Source of the DNA: Balanoglossus misakiensis
Taxonomy: Eukaryota > Animalia > Hemichordata
Reading direction: 5' to 3'
Assembly: GCA_040954595.2 (NCBI GenBank)
Contig: CM082584.2
Coordinates: 10,076,190 to 10,140,189 of the forward strand
DNA: 64,000 nucleotides
Shown: in pieces, positions 28,316-40,417 of the stretch
How the letters are laid out: each line of letters begins with the position of its first letter
Numbering within the stretch: position 1 is the stretch's first letter
Notes under the pieces: model-generated
Database searches by the model: none
Told to the model about the DNA's origin: nothing
Seen by the model: the letters and a program-made list of their open reading frames with translations, nothing else
Position numbers and translations under genes: made by a program

Positions 28316-31300
28316 AACAAGCAAACTGCAAGACGCGAGGACAACGACACTCGCACGAAAATATTTCGCCGTCACCACCGGCAAGGAGATTAATGCACTG
28401 TTACCAAGTCGTTTCAAGATGTTTATTGGGCTGCGTCGTACATCTGTAGTTTCAAGTGGTGTGCAGTTGTTAATTTACGTTTCTGTTGCAGTCATTGTGA
28501 TATTCTGGAATATTTTCACTGGCATACTGTGTATAGAATGTGTTGTCCTATTCAATTTTGTTATTGAGCGAAGCTAACAACACAACACGTAGCTTATCAA
28601 GTTGAATGCCCAACAAATCAGTGGCCATGATTTGAAAACACAAGGTTTAACATATAAACCTCCTATAGATAATCAGATGGGCTACCAATGCTGTCAGTAA
28701 AGTTTCTAGTTCATTTATTAGTCACTCAGTAAAAACTTATTTAGCAGATCTAGTATTTGATCTTAAATCATACATTTGATGATTTTTTAAAGTGTGCAAC
28801 AGTGTTGTCATAAGCTTTGCGTTCACCATGAATTTGTAAAACAGATTTCAAGTTGTAAATATACATTTTGCTATAATATTTGGCTACAAACTTTACAGTG
28901 TGACGTCAACTTTGTGACGTATTTATGAGAAATCAGAAATTCTGTGAATTCAAATTCTGCGTCTGACAAAGAGAAGGCGCCTTTCATTGCAACCAATTCT
29001 TGTCAACTGTCAGAACGTTTCGCCTGGTCGACTCAACTGTAAATGTAAATTTTGTAAATGTTTGCAAAGGGAGCGGAAAATCTGAAATGCTATGCTATAT
29101 GTTACCAGGGAAGCACCTTGAAGCAATTAACACTTTTTCCCCCTCAGTTCTTCATGTAAAACTGAGTAGAGATTCTGTACGTACCGAAGGATATTTTCCA
29201 ATTTAAGCGCAGGTAAACTGTCTTTCAAGATTTTAACCGAATGCACGATGTCAAGTCAAGTTAGACATGAAAAAAGTGATGCTGTTTTGAAGCAGGGTAT
29301 TAAATGACTGAGATATTTACCTTTTAATTTTTTAATTAACAGCTTACGGTCTCCTATGCAAATAAGTCACTGGTACCGTGATATAGTCAATGATCTAGCC
29401 AATCACAGATTAGTTCACTTTGGTGGACACTCGAAAAGCGCGCCATCACATTGCCATTAGAAGACTTATGCATATATGGGCATCTGTAAAGTAGAGATGA
29501 TCATATTTTCTTTAACTTGTTATAGTGATTTGGTCTCACGCCAAAGAAAGATCAGGTGATTTCTTTTTAAACTTAAAGCTCTTTTGTTTTAGTTAGAAAT
29601 GATAATTTTATAATGAGACTTTGTAATACACATTTTGGGAGGGTCAACGTATAAGGAAGGCGGTGATGTTCTATTCCTTCTTATGGGTGCTAAGTTGGTC
29701 CCTCGTATGCAATTCTGGGGTCGTTATGACACAGTACTCGATAAAACCTTCCATTTTTTTCGGAGAAATACTCTGTGCCTTCTGTGTGCAGTTATGTTTG
29801 TTTGTTCAGCAACACAGTTCTTACAAAATGTAGATTTGTGAACGATGTACAATCTGAACATAGAGGGCGTTGTCAAGGAGATTATTCTGCGCTTGTGGAA
29901 CTTGATCAGTGAAGGGGTAACGTGTTGCTTGCAGACGATAACTGCAACAGGTCGGTCGAGCAGAACTGATCCGTGAGACGCCGGTTTGCCCTTGCATGCA
30001 ATCACCATAATTACTGCACAAAAATGCAAACCATGTCACTTGAACAGTTTAATTCATTGCAGCGAATAGATCAGTAGAGGGTTTTATTTACTGAGTAAGT
30101 TTTTGGACGATCGAATCATTGTATGCTGATGTATTCCAATAGAGAGCTACATTTTTGTGCAAGCTTTTGAATTTGATTGGAAAAAAAGAAATGACAATAA
30201 AATGGTTTTTCCTCATGCATGGCGGACTTGCTTGACCGGTTTTTGTTTCATCTGCAATGGATGTCGTGTGCACAAGACAGTCGATGACAGATCGATTGAT
30301 GCGACGCCATATTGTGTAAAGAAGCAATCCCATTGGTATGCATCGCACATCTACAATATTTTTAATCTCTCTTTTTGGAATTATACACGATTAAGAATAA
30401 AATGTCATCGACCTTGCTTTTAATTGGATCTGATATTATTTTGGACGTCGTGCATCGGATGATTGTGAAGCTGCCAATTACGAACTTAACAACAGAGAGG
30501 GCGTTTTCGCGAGACAAATTAAAGTCGCTATCTTTTTACATTATTGCGATATTATTTACTTCAAATGCGTTTCTTACAATATTTGCCTTTCAACAAATCA
30601 TCTATCACAGACTAGACAAACGCCAGGTGGGCCTCTATGTCCTTTGAATCACCGAGAGATATTACGAATTTCCCCCTTTATCGCCCGTCAAGGTTACAGT
30701 GACCTGGTTGCGCGGATGGATAATGATTAGCTGCTGAAGATACGGCCCACCTGCTGCATGGAGATCTCGCGGGATTTCCCGTAAATCTAATCGCGATGGC
30801 TCGCTTGAAGGATTGCATGTATCGAGATATTGGCGAGGTCAAAAAGTTGAACAAACTGTGATCATCTTTTTGTCTTGTTTACGTACAGGAAGGCAATGTC
30901 AATGATTTTTGTCTCTATCCATTGCTCAAAGCGGTGCAAATACGGGTGTGGTCAAGTCAAACAAAGAGAACGTACTGTTGGAAAACAAGCCTCTACGCAT
31001 ATTGCATGTTTAAATTATTCTGCGGTTTACTTTGAATTTGTCGTTTCATTGCCTTCTTTGGTGAACAAACATTTAATAACTCTTGAATAAGCAGACTTTT
31101 TACTCGTTTTTATCACGGTAATATAAAACCTACCGTCACGTGACGTAAGCTGAGATCTCAAGGATAGCCGGTCAATAACACCGGCAAATGAAGTAATTAA
31201 AAAGGAAATAAATGTCTGGGGTGACGCGAGTCTCAATTATCGTTCAATGACAACCGTTCAAATGTCTTCATTACTGGAATTAAAGACAGCCTGTTAGCAT

Positions 31301-33227
31301 ATTCTTCTGGCTTGGTTATTACGGTATCTCAGTGATGTTTCGATTGTAAGACTTCATATGATTACGTCAAATCGAGCTACAAACAATTTTTGAAGAACTG
31401 TTCTCTCCTCTCCCCCCCCCCCATCTCTCTCTCCCTCCCACCCTCCCTCGCCCGCTCTGTTATAATTTCAACGGTTTCTTGCAAAAGGTGCGCATTGTCA
31501 ACTCCCTACGTCGTGAAATATCTATTCGATTGTCAGGTCCCCCGAGATCCACAAGTGATGACTACTTGCAGCAAATTTGACATGGCGACTGAATGAATTC
31601 CAGTGAATAATGGAACCGTGTATGCACTCAAGTGAGACCCTAAAAACATCATTCATCACAGATCTGTCACATCCAGTTTATCGCGACTGAAAATTGCTTC
31701 AGCCGTCCGTCCAACGGTGTGCGTGTACCGGGTACATATACCTGTATATAGAAGGCACTGAGAATCTCGGATTACAGTGCCCTTTCATGAGATGTAATGA
31801 AATTTGCTCAAAGATCGGTCGGTACTCACACTTGACTTAACATCGGCAATACATTCAAATGATTTCATCGGAAATTTGAATCGCGCCAAAAGTATATATG
31901 TAGTTCAGTAAAACAAACAAAACAACGAATGAATGATTATAAAAGAACATTTTTTATGAAACGATGGACTGACCTCACCAAGGGAGATCGTTAATATGAT
32001 TCAAAAACTAGTCATGTCCATATAATGCATCTTACTTGCATATATTTCTCGAGGGGGCAGGAGTTTAAATATTTATATGAATTATAACAAATGGGAAATA
32101 TCAAATGAATATAGCACTTGAGATAAAGGCTACATTTATTTAGCGATGCATTGCGAGTTTTCTCATGGGCGATTGTTCGTTTGTTGGTTGGTTGCATCAT
32201 ATTGTTTTATGTTCACGCGAAATGCACAGAGAAAGTCTCCATGACTCAGTATACGATCACATGACCTGTTGTCCCTTGCCTACACACGAGAACAAGAAAG
32301 TGAGCATGTGCACACGGCACCAAAGCAGACGATGAGATCCAGGGAATGAACCCCGGGAAAAGTCACAGAGAGAATTCATACGCAATAACGCGTGCCTAGA
32401 CTCGTTTGGCTGTCTCAGTTTACAGAAGCTTTTGCGTGTGTGTGTGTGTGGTTGGATCATGGCTCCCTCAGACACCTTACTCTGCCTCTTATCAGGTAAG
32501 CAACTACGTCGTCACTTTTGGACTTACTGTAGAATGCTTGATAGAAAGAAGAAAAAAACATAGTAGAAGGCTTGTGCTTTAAGTCATGTAGGCCCTAAGG
32601 ATCATCCTATCAATTCACCCATACCTGTATACACCTGAATTTTGCAGCATTTCTGCCAGTCAGTGTAACGCTAGACCTTGTCAATTTATGAAGTGAAGGA
32701 AGTTGCCCAAATGCATGAGTAATACATGAGGAAATTTAGGGAATAGAGGCCAACATGTATTGGCATTTTGTCGACTTCTGCAGCAAACGAGAGAGATCTT
32801 TAACATACCGGTATACCGGTACACAAGCGATTTTTTTTACAAAAAAGATGAGAAAAACTAGATTGATTCTTGTACGTGGCTCTTTTCACTTGGAAATATT
32901 TGAAGTCTTTAACAACAACAAGAAACAAAACAGAAGTGTCACACTCATTCAATTACTCAAGTAGTATCACGGGGAGGAATTACTGTAATTTAGACGCGAA
33001 AATGTATTGCACCCCGTTATGTGGTTAATCTAATTACGTGCACTGCATACACAATAGTCTAAGAATAGGGTAAATCATAGACAGCAAAATTCTCAGTGCA
33101 GTCTATGCCTATGGTAATGAGGTAGAGATGATTGATTTCTTTCGTTGTGTTAGTGAGCTAATGGTTTCATATGATGACTTAGGTCACAGTACGTAATAAG
33201 TTGAAAATATTGTCATAGCCAGTGCAC

Positions 33228-36200
33228 ATGAAGGAATATAAACAACTGTTTTCTATGACACATTTCTGGATCCTACAACCAGTTCTCCTCATATTTTCTC
33301 TACCAGCACTGGCGTTGATGTCCTGCGCAAAATCAGCGGACGTCTCCCCTGACCTCGCCAACAACCTGAAGACAATAATCGAGGAGAATTTCAGCAAAGT
33401 TCGGCATCACGCCGTCGATATGCCTGCCCACATTGCGGCCAGAAATTACATCGAGGAAACCTTTGAGGCTTATGGGCTCAGTGTAGAACTGCAACCGTTC
33501 ACGACTGCAGATGAAACGGTAGGTTCATCTGAAAGGACTGCAATGCCAATGTACGGTTTCTCCACAGAGTTTCTTTGGGGGATCGAGGGGGGAAGGGGGT
33601 AGACTCATACTCCAGTATTGGCTATCAAGCGAGTCCAGATTGATCCAGACGTCAGACTTACAAGCTAGCGTTACGTGGGAACTAATGGTACGTACTCCCA
33701 TTCGATCAAACCGGGGGAAAAACGTCATTAAAAATGAGCGCGTGGATGTTATCAATCATTGACAATGAGTATCTTCAACCAGCAACATACTGGTCAAATT
33801 ATCTGCATTGTCTTCTGGGGAAAATACCTTGTTAATCAACAAAGCAGTAAAACAAAACTCAACCATTCCTGTGTGCACAGATAAATGGTACAAACGTGAT
33901 TGGTGTTCGACGAGGCACAAACAGCGGAACAACCAACGACTCTGTCCTGTTGGTGGGGGCGCACTACGACACAACAAAAGACACACCAGGTGTTGACAAC
34001 AATGGCTCGGGACTGGCCGCAATGCTTGAAATGCTCAGACTGCTGTTGAAGTCCGCCACTGGCTGTCAGAATGCTAACACTATAATCGCTGTTGCCTTTG
34101 ATTCCTACGAAGAAGATGGTGAGTAAAGTAGCGATATTTTCTGCGAGTGGATCACAGCTACAATTATGAAGTGATGAGCATGTCTGCATAAAGTTACCCC
34201 AGTTTATGGTTTTGGTCTCCCCTTTCACCATTGAATTTGTCGCAAGGTAATAACATTACGTGCAACCTAAATAGAAGGGCTATTTGTTCAATTTTTAAGC
34301 ATTCATCTTGACTCACATATACTCTAGTTTTTAATTTCTAACAATGGCTGTGCTCATGCTAAGGGTATTCACAGAGGCGGAATGTTTTATTCGGATCTCT
34401 AATTGGCCAATACAATCGAACACGCTAATTGGTTAAAGTACTAACTCCCGGGAAACAAAGCATACTGCTGGTTGTACTTAGCTATCTTAACGATATGCAC
34501 GTTGACTGCGTTATCTGTTTATTTCTGTGTTACCTGTGTGCCACAGATTCGTGCCCAGAGGGTACATGTGGAAGTCAAGCTTTCGTGAAAAATGGCGGAC
34601 TTCAGCGGTACATCGGCAATGGTACGTTTCAAGGCGCATTCATCATGGACTCCATCATGAATTTTGATGAGGCGGAAAATTCGCAAAGCGTCTTCCTTGA
34701 AGATGACGTAAGCAAGATTTCTTACTTTTTATTGACTTGAAGTTGAAGATGCCTATTCAACCAAAAAATCAATGGATGAATTAATAACATCATTTTCATA
34801 TTTTCACTTTTCTCGTTTTGTTCTAGTCTACACAGTTCGATACCTTTAACCAACAATTCGAAAGTCAAAACTGGGTTGGCAACTTCCTGTTCTGTAGCGT
34901 CCGCCTCGCGGATAAACATTTGTCAACGGCGTTCAAAACATCCTGGGACAACCTTACGGGTGATCAGTACAAGTTCATAGACATCGGATTAAACATTGCG
35001 GGTGAGTGGACTGAAGTGTTGATTAGAGACGACTTCAAGCGAGAAAATGTGGCCAAACACTCTCTGTTTTGTTTTGATGGAGTCAGTTTCTTACAGAATG
35101 ACAAGTGTGTCGTTTTCTCCCTCGTAGAACCTCCGACAGCAGAGCAGAAATCGATCGAATTCATCTTCGATGGTGATCACGCACCGTTCTGGAACAACGA
35201 CCCTGCTTACAGCGCCCTCTATTTCACCGACACCAGTAAGTTTCGGTTGCAGGTTCGGGTTGCTACCGACTGTTGCTAAGTATAGCTTCCAGCTAATGGC
35301 TGTTGGACTACCACATGACATGAGAATAATACAGTCACTCCTAAGCTAGTAGTCATGCATATTTAATACTCAAACACGATCGTTTTGAAACCACTTGAAA
35401 CGCCAGGGAGCACGACCAAACACAGACGCACTTTCGGTTTTCTTGACGAAAATGTTGTCGTACAAACGGCCCGGTTTCACACAAACCACTTCTAATTTAT
35501 TCTAATTTATTCCAGAGAGTTACCGCAGTGTGATGAAGGAGTGTTACCACAAGCAGTGTGATAACGCTACACTGTTGACCCCAGATCGTCTCAACTTTTT
35601 GGCCAAGACTACACAGGCAATGGCGGATACATTCCAACGACTCGCTGATTGCAAAGGTAGGTTATCATAAACTTATATTGTGCACTGTTGGTGTATGGCA
35701 AGCCTCAGGGGTCTTAAGTATAGCAATAGTAGTATTTAATGTTGAAGTAGTACGATTATATTTTGATTCGTTAATATATTATAAATAAATAGTAGTATTT
35801 AATGTTGAAGTAGTACGATTATATTTTGATTCGTTAATATATTATAAATAAATAGTAGTATTTAATGTTGAAGTAGTACGATTATATTTTGATTCGTTAA
35901 TATATTATAAATAAATAGTAGTATTTAATGTTGAAGTAGTACGATTATATTTTGATTCGTTAATATATTATAAATAAATAGTAGTATTTAATGTTGAAGT
36001 AGTACGATTATATTTTGATTCGTTAATATATTATAAATAAATAGTAGTATTTAATGTTAAAGTAGTACGATTATATTTTGATTCGTTAATATATTATAAA
36101 TAAATAGTAGTATTTAATGTTGAAGTAGTACGATTATATTTTGATTCGTTAATATATTATAAATAAATAGTAGTATTTAATGTTAAAGTAGTACGATTAT

Positions 36201-39200
36201 ATTTTGATTCGTTAATATATTATAAATAAATAGTAGTATTTAATGTTGAAGTAGTACGATTATATTTTGATTCGTTAATATATTATAAATAAATAGTAGT
36301 ATTTAATGTTAAAGTAGTACGATTATATTTTGATTCGTTAATATATTATAAATAAATAGTAGTATTTAATGTTGAAGTAGTACGATTATATTTTGATTCG
36401 TTAATATATTATAAATAAATAGTAGTATTTAATGTTGAAGTAGTACGATTATATTTTGATTCGTTAATATATTATAAATAAATAGTAGTATTTAATGTTG
36501 AAGTAGTACGATTATATTTTGATTCGTTAATATATTATAAATAAATAGTAGTATTTAATGTTGAAGTAGTACGATTATATTTTGATTCGTTAATATATTA
36601 TAAATAAATAGTAGTATTTAATGTTGAAGTAGTACGATTATATTTTGATTCGTTAATATATTATAAATAAATAGTAGTATATTATGTTGAAGTAGTACGA
36701 TTATATATTGATTCGTTAATATATTATGATACTTTGCTAGTATTATTATTATTTACTTGTTTACAACCTTCACTTCCACCTCACCAGAGGGCGCACAATT
36801 TTTGCTGTCGGCCATTTTCCGTGTTTTCCGTTTGTTTTGTGCGTCTCAGTCGCAGTCGAATGAGATGGACATCGAGGCAATATTGCAGGAGATAAATTTG
36901 GCAATGAGCGGGTTGAAGCTGCCACCGTTCTTTCCATGACGGAAGGGGAAATAAAGAGATTGGGAGTTACAAGAGCAGGTGATCGAGTGCGACTCCGAGA
37001 CCTTTGCAAGGAAGCAACTCAGCCGTCACCGGCCTAGCTCTGCGTACAGGTCTGTGTGTTCCCGGCGTTACACAGTCTCCACCACAGCCCTGCAAGGCGC
37101 CATAGAAAAAACTGGTGCTTCTGCGGTCCAGATCCGGACTGCAAAATGGTTTAAACAAATATTCTCCTTTAGGGACCGTTCAGTTTTTACGGCCGGGGGG
37201 GGGGCGGCAAAATCCAGGGGGGGGGGGTCACTTAAATTTTGAAGTCCACAAGGGGGGGGGGGGTCATCTGTTTTTTTTAAACGTTTAGGGGGGGGGGTCA
37301 CATACTTTTGCCACCAAACTTTTGCTTTTGAGTCCACAAAATTGCAGTTTCGCGCCCTTTATTTTACAAAATGTTCTAATGTGGGAGGGGGACACCCCTT
37401 CCCACACCCACCCCCTACATTCTCCGCCACATTTCATTTTTTGTACCAGGGCAGAGTGCTTGCCACCCCAACCCCTTACCCCACCGATGATAATATTTAA
37501 CAAAGTGAATACATAAAGGAGAATAATTGTTTAAACCATTTTGCATAACTGATAGTTTCGCGCTGCATCTTCTATATACTAGAAGTTTTATAAATGATGT
37601 CATGACGAAGATGACGCCAAATCTTCTAACTTTGAGTGGAGTGGCAAAAAGTAAAATTGGTCCTCCCAAACATTGAGATAATTTGCTTTTGAGTTCATTA
37701 AAATGTAACTTTGGGCTACATATTTTACACCCCCTCCATTCTTCGCCACATTGCATTTCTTCACTGGTTTGTCTAGTTTACCATGAAGACTTCTTGCCAC
37801 CACACCCCCCGATGCTTACTTAATGGAGTGGCAAAATTAAAATTTGTCCTGCCTAACATTGAGTTAATTTGCTTTTGAGTTCATTAAATTGCAACTTTGA
37901 GCACCGTATTTTACACCCACCCCCGGCACTTTTCTTGTTTTACCGATTCTAGCAACTATTGTATTGACTTGTCATTTTAATTTGTTCATAGATTTCTTTA
38001 TTGCAACGATATACTATTATATACTTCAATAATACTTTAAGAAATTTATAATTGGGGTGTCAGGAGCCTCATTCCCTTTATTGCATACGGTGTACATAGG
38101 ATCAGGACGGCGAATGTTTTGGGCGTGGGGGGGGGGGGGGGGTCATCATATTTTTGGGTCTGTCAAAGGGGGGGGGCATCATTTTTTGGTCCTGGGTGAA
38201 GGGGGGGGGGGGTCGGCCTGATTTTGAGAACCGATGACACAAACTTGCCGCCCCCCCCCCCTGCCGTAAAAACTGAACGGTCCCTTATGTATTCACTTTG
38301 TTAAATTTTATCATCGGTGGGTTTGGGGTGGCAAGCACTCTGGCCTGGTTCACTAGACAAACCAGCAAAAAATGACATGTGGCGGATAATGAAGAGGGTG
38401 GGTGTGGGAGGGGGTAAAATAAAGGGTGCGAAACTGCAATTTTGTGGACTCAAAAGCAAAAGTTCGGTGGCGAAAGTATGTGACCCCCCCTAAACGTTTA
38501 AAAAAACCAGATGACCCCCCCCCCCCCTTGTGGACTTCAAAATTCAAGTGACCCCCCCCCCCTGGATTTTGCCGCCCCCCCCCCCCCCCGGCCGTAAAAA
38601 CTGAACGGTCCCTAACCGACTCCAAATATGATGCGATTAACTTGTCCTAACGTCCGAACCACTCGCGTTTGATTCATTTTTGTGTGTTTACATGTTGAGA
38701 TCGCCATATTAAATATGAAGCTTACAGCGAGTTTATCTCCATGGGTAAACAAAAAAGTTTTAGAAAGCGAGCGGTTCGGACGTTAGGACAAGTTAATCGC
38801 ATCATATTTGGAGTCGGTTAGGGGGCAGAAGTAGACAGGTAAAGGATTTTGCTTCGATAAAATCGAATTTCGGCCGAAAAAGCTGCAGTCCGGATCCGGA
38901 CCGCAGAAGCACCAGTTTTTTCTATGGCGCCTTGCAGGGCTGTGGTGGAGGCTGTGTAACGCCGGGAACACACAGACCTGTACGCAGAGCTAGGCCGGTG
39001 ACGGCTGAGTTGCTTCCTTGCAAAGGTCTCGGAGTCGCACTCGATCACCTGCTCTTGTAACTCCCAATCTCTTTATTTCCCCTTCCGTCATGGAAAGAAC
39101 GGTGGCAGCTTCAACCCGCTCATTGCCAAAGTTATCTCCTGCAATATTGCCTCGATGTCCATCTCATTCGACTGCGACTGAGACGCACAAAACAAACGGA

Positions 39201-40417
39201 AAACACGGAAAATGGCCGACAGCAAAAATTGTGCGCCCTCTGGTGAGGTGGAAGTGAAGGTTGTAAACAAGTAAATAATAATAATACTAGCAAAGTATCA
39301 TAATATATTAACGAATCAATATATAATCGTACTACTTCAACATAATATACTACTATTTATTTATAATATATTAACGAATCAAAATATAATCGTACTACTT
39401 CAACATTAAATACTACTATTTATTTATAATATATTAACGAATCAAAATATAATCGTACTACTTCAACATTAAATACTACTATTTATTTATAATATATTAA
39501 CGAATCAAAATATAATCGTACTACTTCAACATTAAATACTACTATTTATTTATAATATATTAACGAATCAAAATATAATCGTACTACTTCAACATTAAAT
39601 ACTACTATTTATTTATAATATATTAACGAATCAAAATATAATCGTACTACTTCAACATTAAATACTACTATTTATTTATAATATATTAACGAATCAAAAT
39701 ATAATCGTACTACTTCAACATTAAATACTACTATTTATTTATAATATATTAACGAATCAAAATATAATCGTACTACTTCAACATTAAATACTACTATTTA
39801 TTTATAATATATTAACGAATCAAAATATAATCGTACTACTTCAACATTAAATACTACTATTTATTTATAATATATTAACGAATCAAAATATAATCGTACT
39901 ACTTCAACATTAAATACTACTATTTATTTATAATATATTAACGAATCAAAATATAATCGTACTACTTCAACATTAAATACTACTATTTATTTATAATATA
40001 TTAACGAATCAAAATATAATCGTACTACTTCAACATTAAATACTACTATCTCTATACTTAAGACCCCTGAGGCTTGCCATATTGGTGCCTAAGACATACC
40101 AGCAATGCTTGCAGTAGTTTCTACACAGTTTCAATTTCTGGAACCTTCTGTTAACTCAACAGGCAATGTGTGCTGCAAAGAACCAAACAGTTTTACAAAA
40201 GACAGTTTGCAGTTTAGGAGGAATGGATTGTTTGGGACGTTCACTCGTGCTATATAGCTTAACTAGTAGTTCAGAAATCTAGTCATTATTGAACGAATCG
40301 TCAAGTGTTTTTTTATATCCCACAGCTGTTACCGTCTCCATGGGAACCACCAGGTATGCTATCCATGCAACGTTTGGGCTCATTTTCGCTTTGCTGACAT
40401 TCGCAATCGCGGTTTGA
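33228..40417 (+). CDS. M28-family zinc metallopeptidase 2 (tandem paralog), secreted and probably GPI-anchored; about 401 aa, 7 coding exons
   Basis: Exons 33228-33518, 33881-34118, 34547-34707, 34827(or 34836)-35001, 35128-35235, 35516-35656 and 40326-40417; in frame (1206 nt). Motifs VGAHYDT, GVDNNGSGLAAMLE, AFDSYEE, FIMDS, DGDH, CYHKQCD; C-terminal hydrophobic tail (HATFGLIFALLTFAIAV*). Intron phases match paralog 1. Confidence 0.9.
35726..36727 (+). repeat. AT-rich 63-bp tandem array, 16 units (left arm of the palindromic element)
   Basis: Unit ATAGTAGTATTTAATGTTGAAGTAGTACGATTATATTTTGATTCGTTAATATATTATAAATAA with period 63 from 35726 to 36671 (last unit start); innermost unit diverged and incomplete. 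Confidence 0.95.
36865..37037 (+). pseudogene. Frameshifted SAM-domain ORF fragment carried in the left arm of the transposon
   Basis: MDIEAILQEINL from 36865, then in a shifted frame NERVEAATVLSMTEGEIKRLGVTRAGDRVRLRDLCKE from 36903. This fits the SAM consensus (E.id...Ll.lt..dl..lGi...G.r.kl). Confidence 0.65.
37172..38612. mobile_element. Nested PIF/Harbinger-like MITE complex (GGGACCGTTCAGTTTTTACGGC termini, TTA/TAA flanks)
   Basis: Left end TTA|GGGACCG at 37172; two right ends, CGGTCCC|TTA at 38284 and CGGTCCC|TAA at 38612. 37172-37516 and 38285-38612 form an imperfect inverted repeat of about 340 bp with poly-G and poly-C runs. Confidence 0.75.
38611..38822. mobile_element. Small MITE-like inverted repeat (about 50-bp arms) in the element core
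   Basis: CCTAACCGACTCCAAATATGATGCGATTAACTTGTCCTAACGTCCGAACC (38611-38660) is the exact reverse complement of about 38773-38822. Confidence 0.7.
38990..39162 (-). pseudogene. Mirror copy of the SAM-domain fragment in the right arm
   Basis: Reverse complement of 36865-37037 with the same frameshift. Confidence 0.65.
39300..40049 (-). repeat. AT-rich 63-bp tandem array, 12 units (right arm, reverse complement)
   Basis: Reverse complement of the left array; unit ends run from 39356 to 40049 (11 x 63 apart). Confidence 0.95.

Larger units (their letters stand above)
35694..40081. mobile_element. Non-autonomous palindromic (foldback-like) DNA transposon, IS3EU-like: TATGG...CCATA termini, 6-bp TSD TTGGTG, inverted arms of 1450 and 1198 bp
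   Basis: TTGGTG at 35688-35693 and 40082-40087. Ends TATGGCAAGCCTCAGGGGTCTTAAGTATAG and CTATACTTAAGACCCCTGAGGCTTGCCATA. Arms 35694-37143 and 38884-40081 are near-perfect reverse complements. The superfamily assignment rests on my recollection that IS3EU elements have TAY..RTA ends and 6-bp TSDs. Confidence 0.88.

Noticed and set aside
35726-40049. 63-bp arrays as a CRISPR array
   Set aside because: The units are contiguous and near-identical with no unique spacers, there are no cas genes, and the context is a eukaryotic intron.
35694-40081. Polinton/Maverick or Crypton identity for the palindromic element
   Set aside because: The 6-bp TSD and long TIRs fit Polintons, but the termini are TATGG rather than AG-type. 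Cryptons have short direct rather than long inverted ends. Not fully excluded without the autonomous copy.
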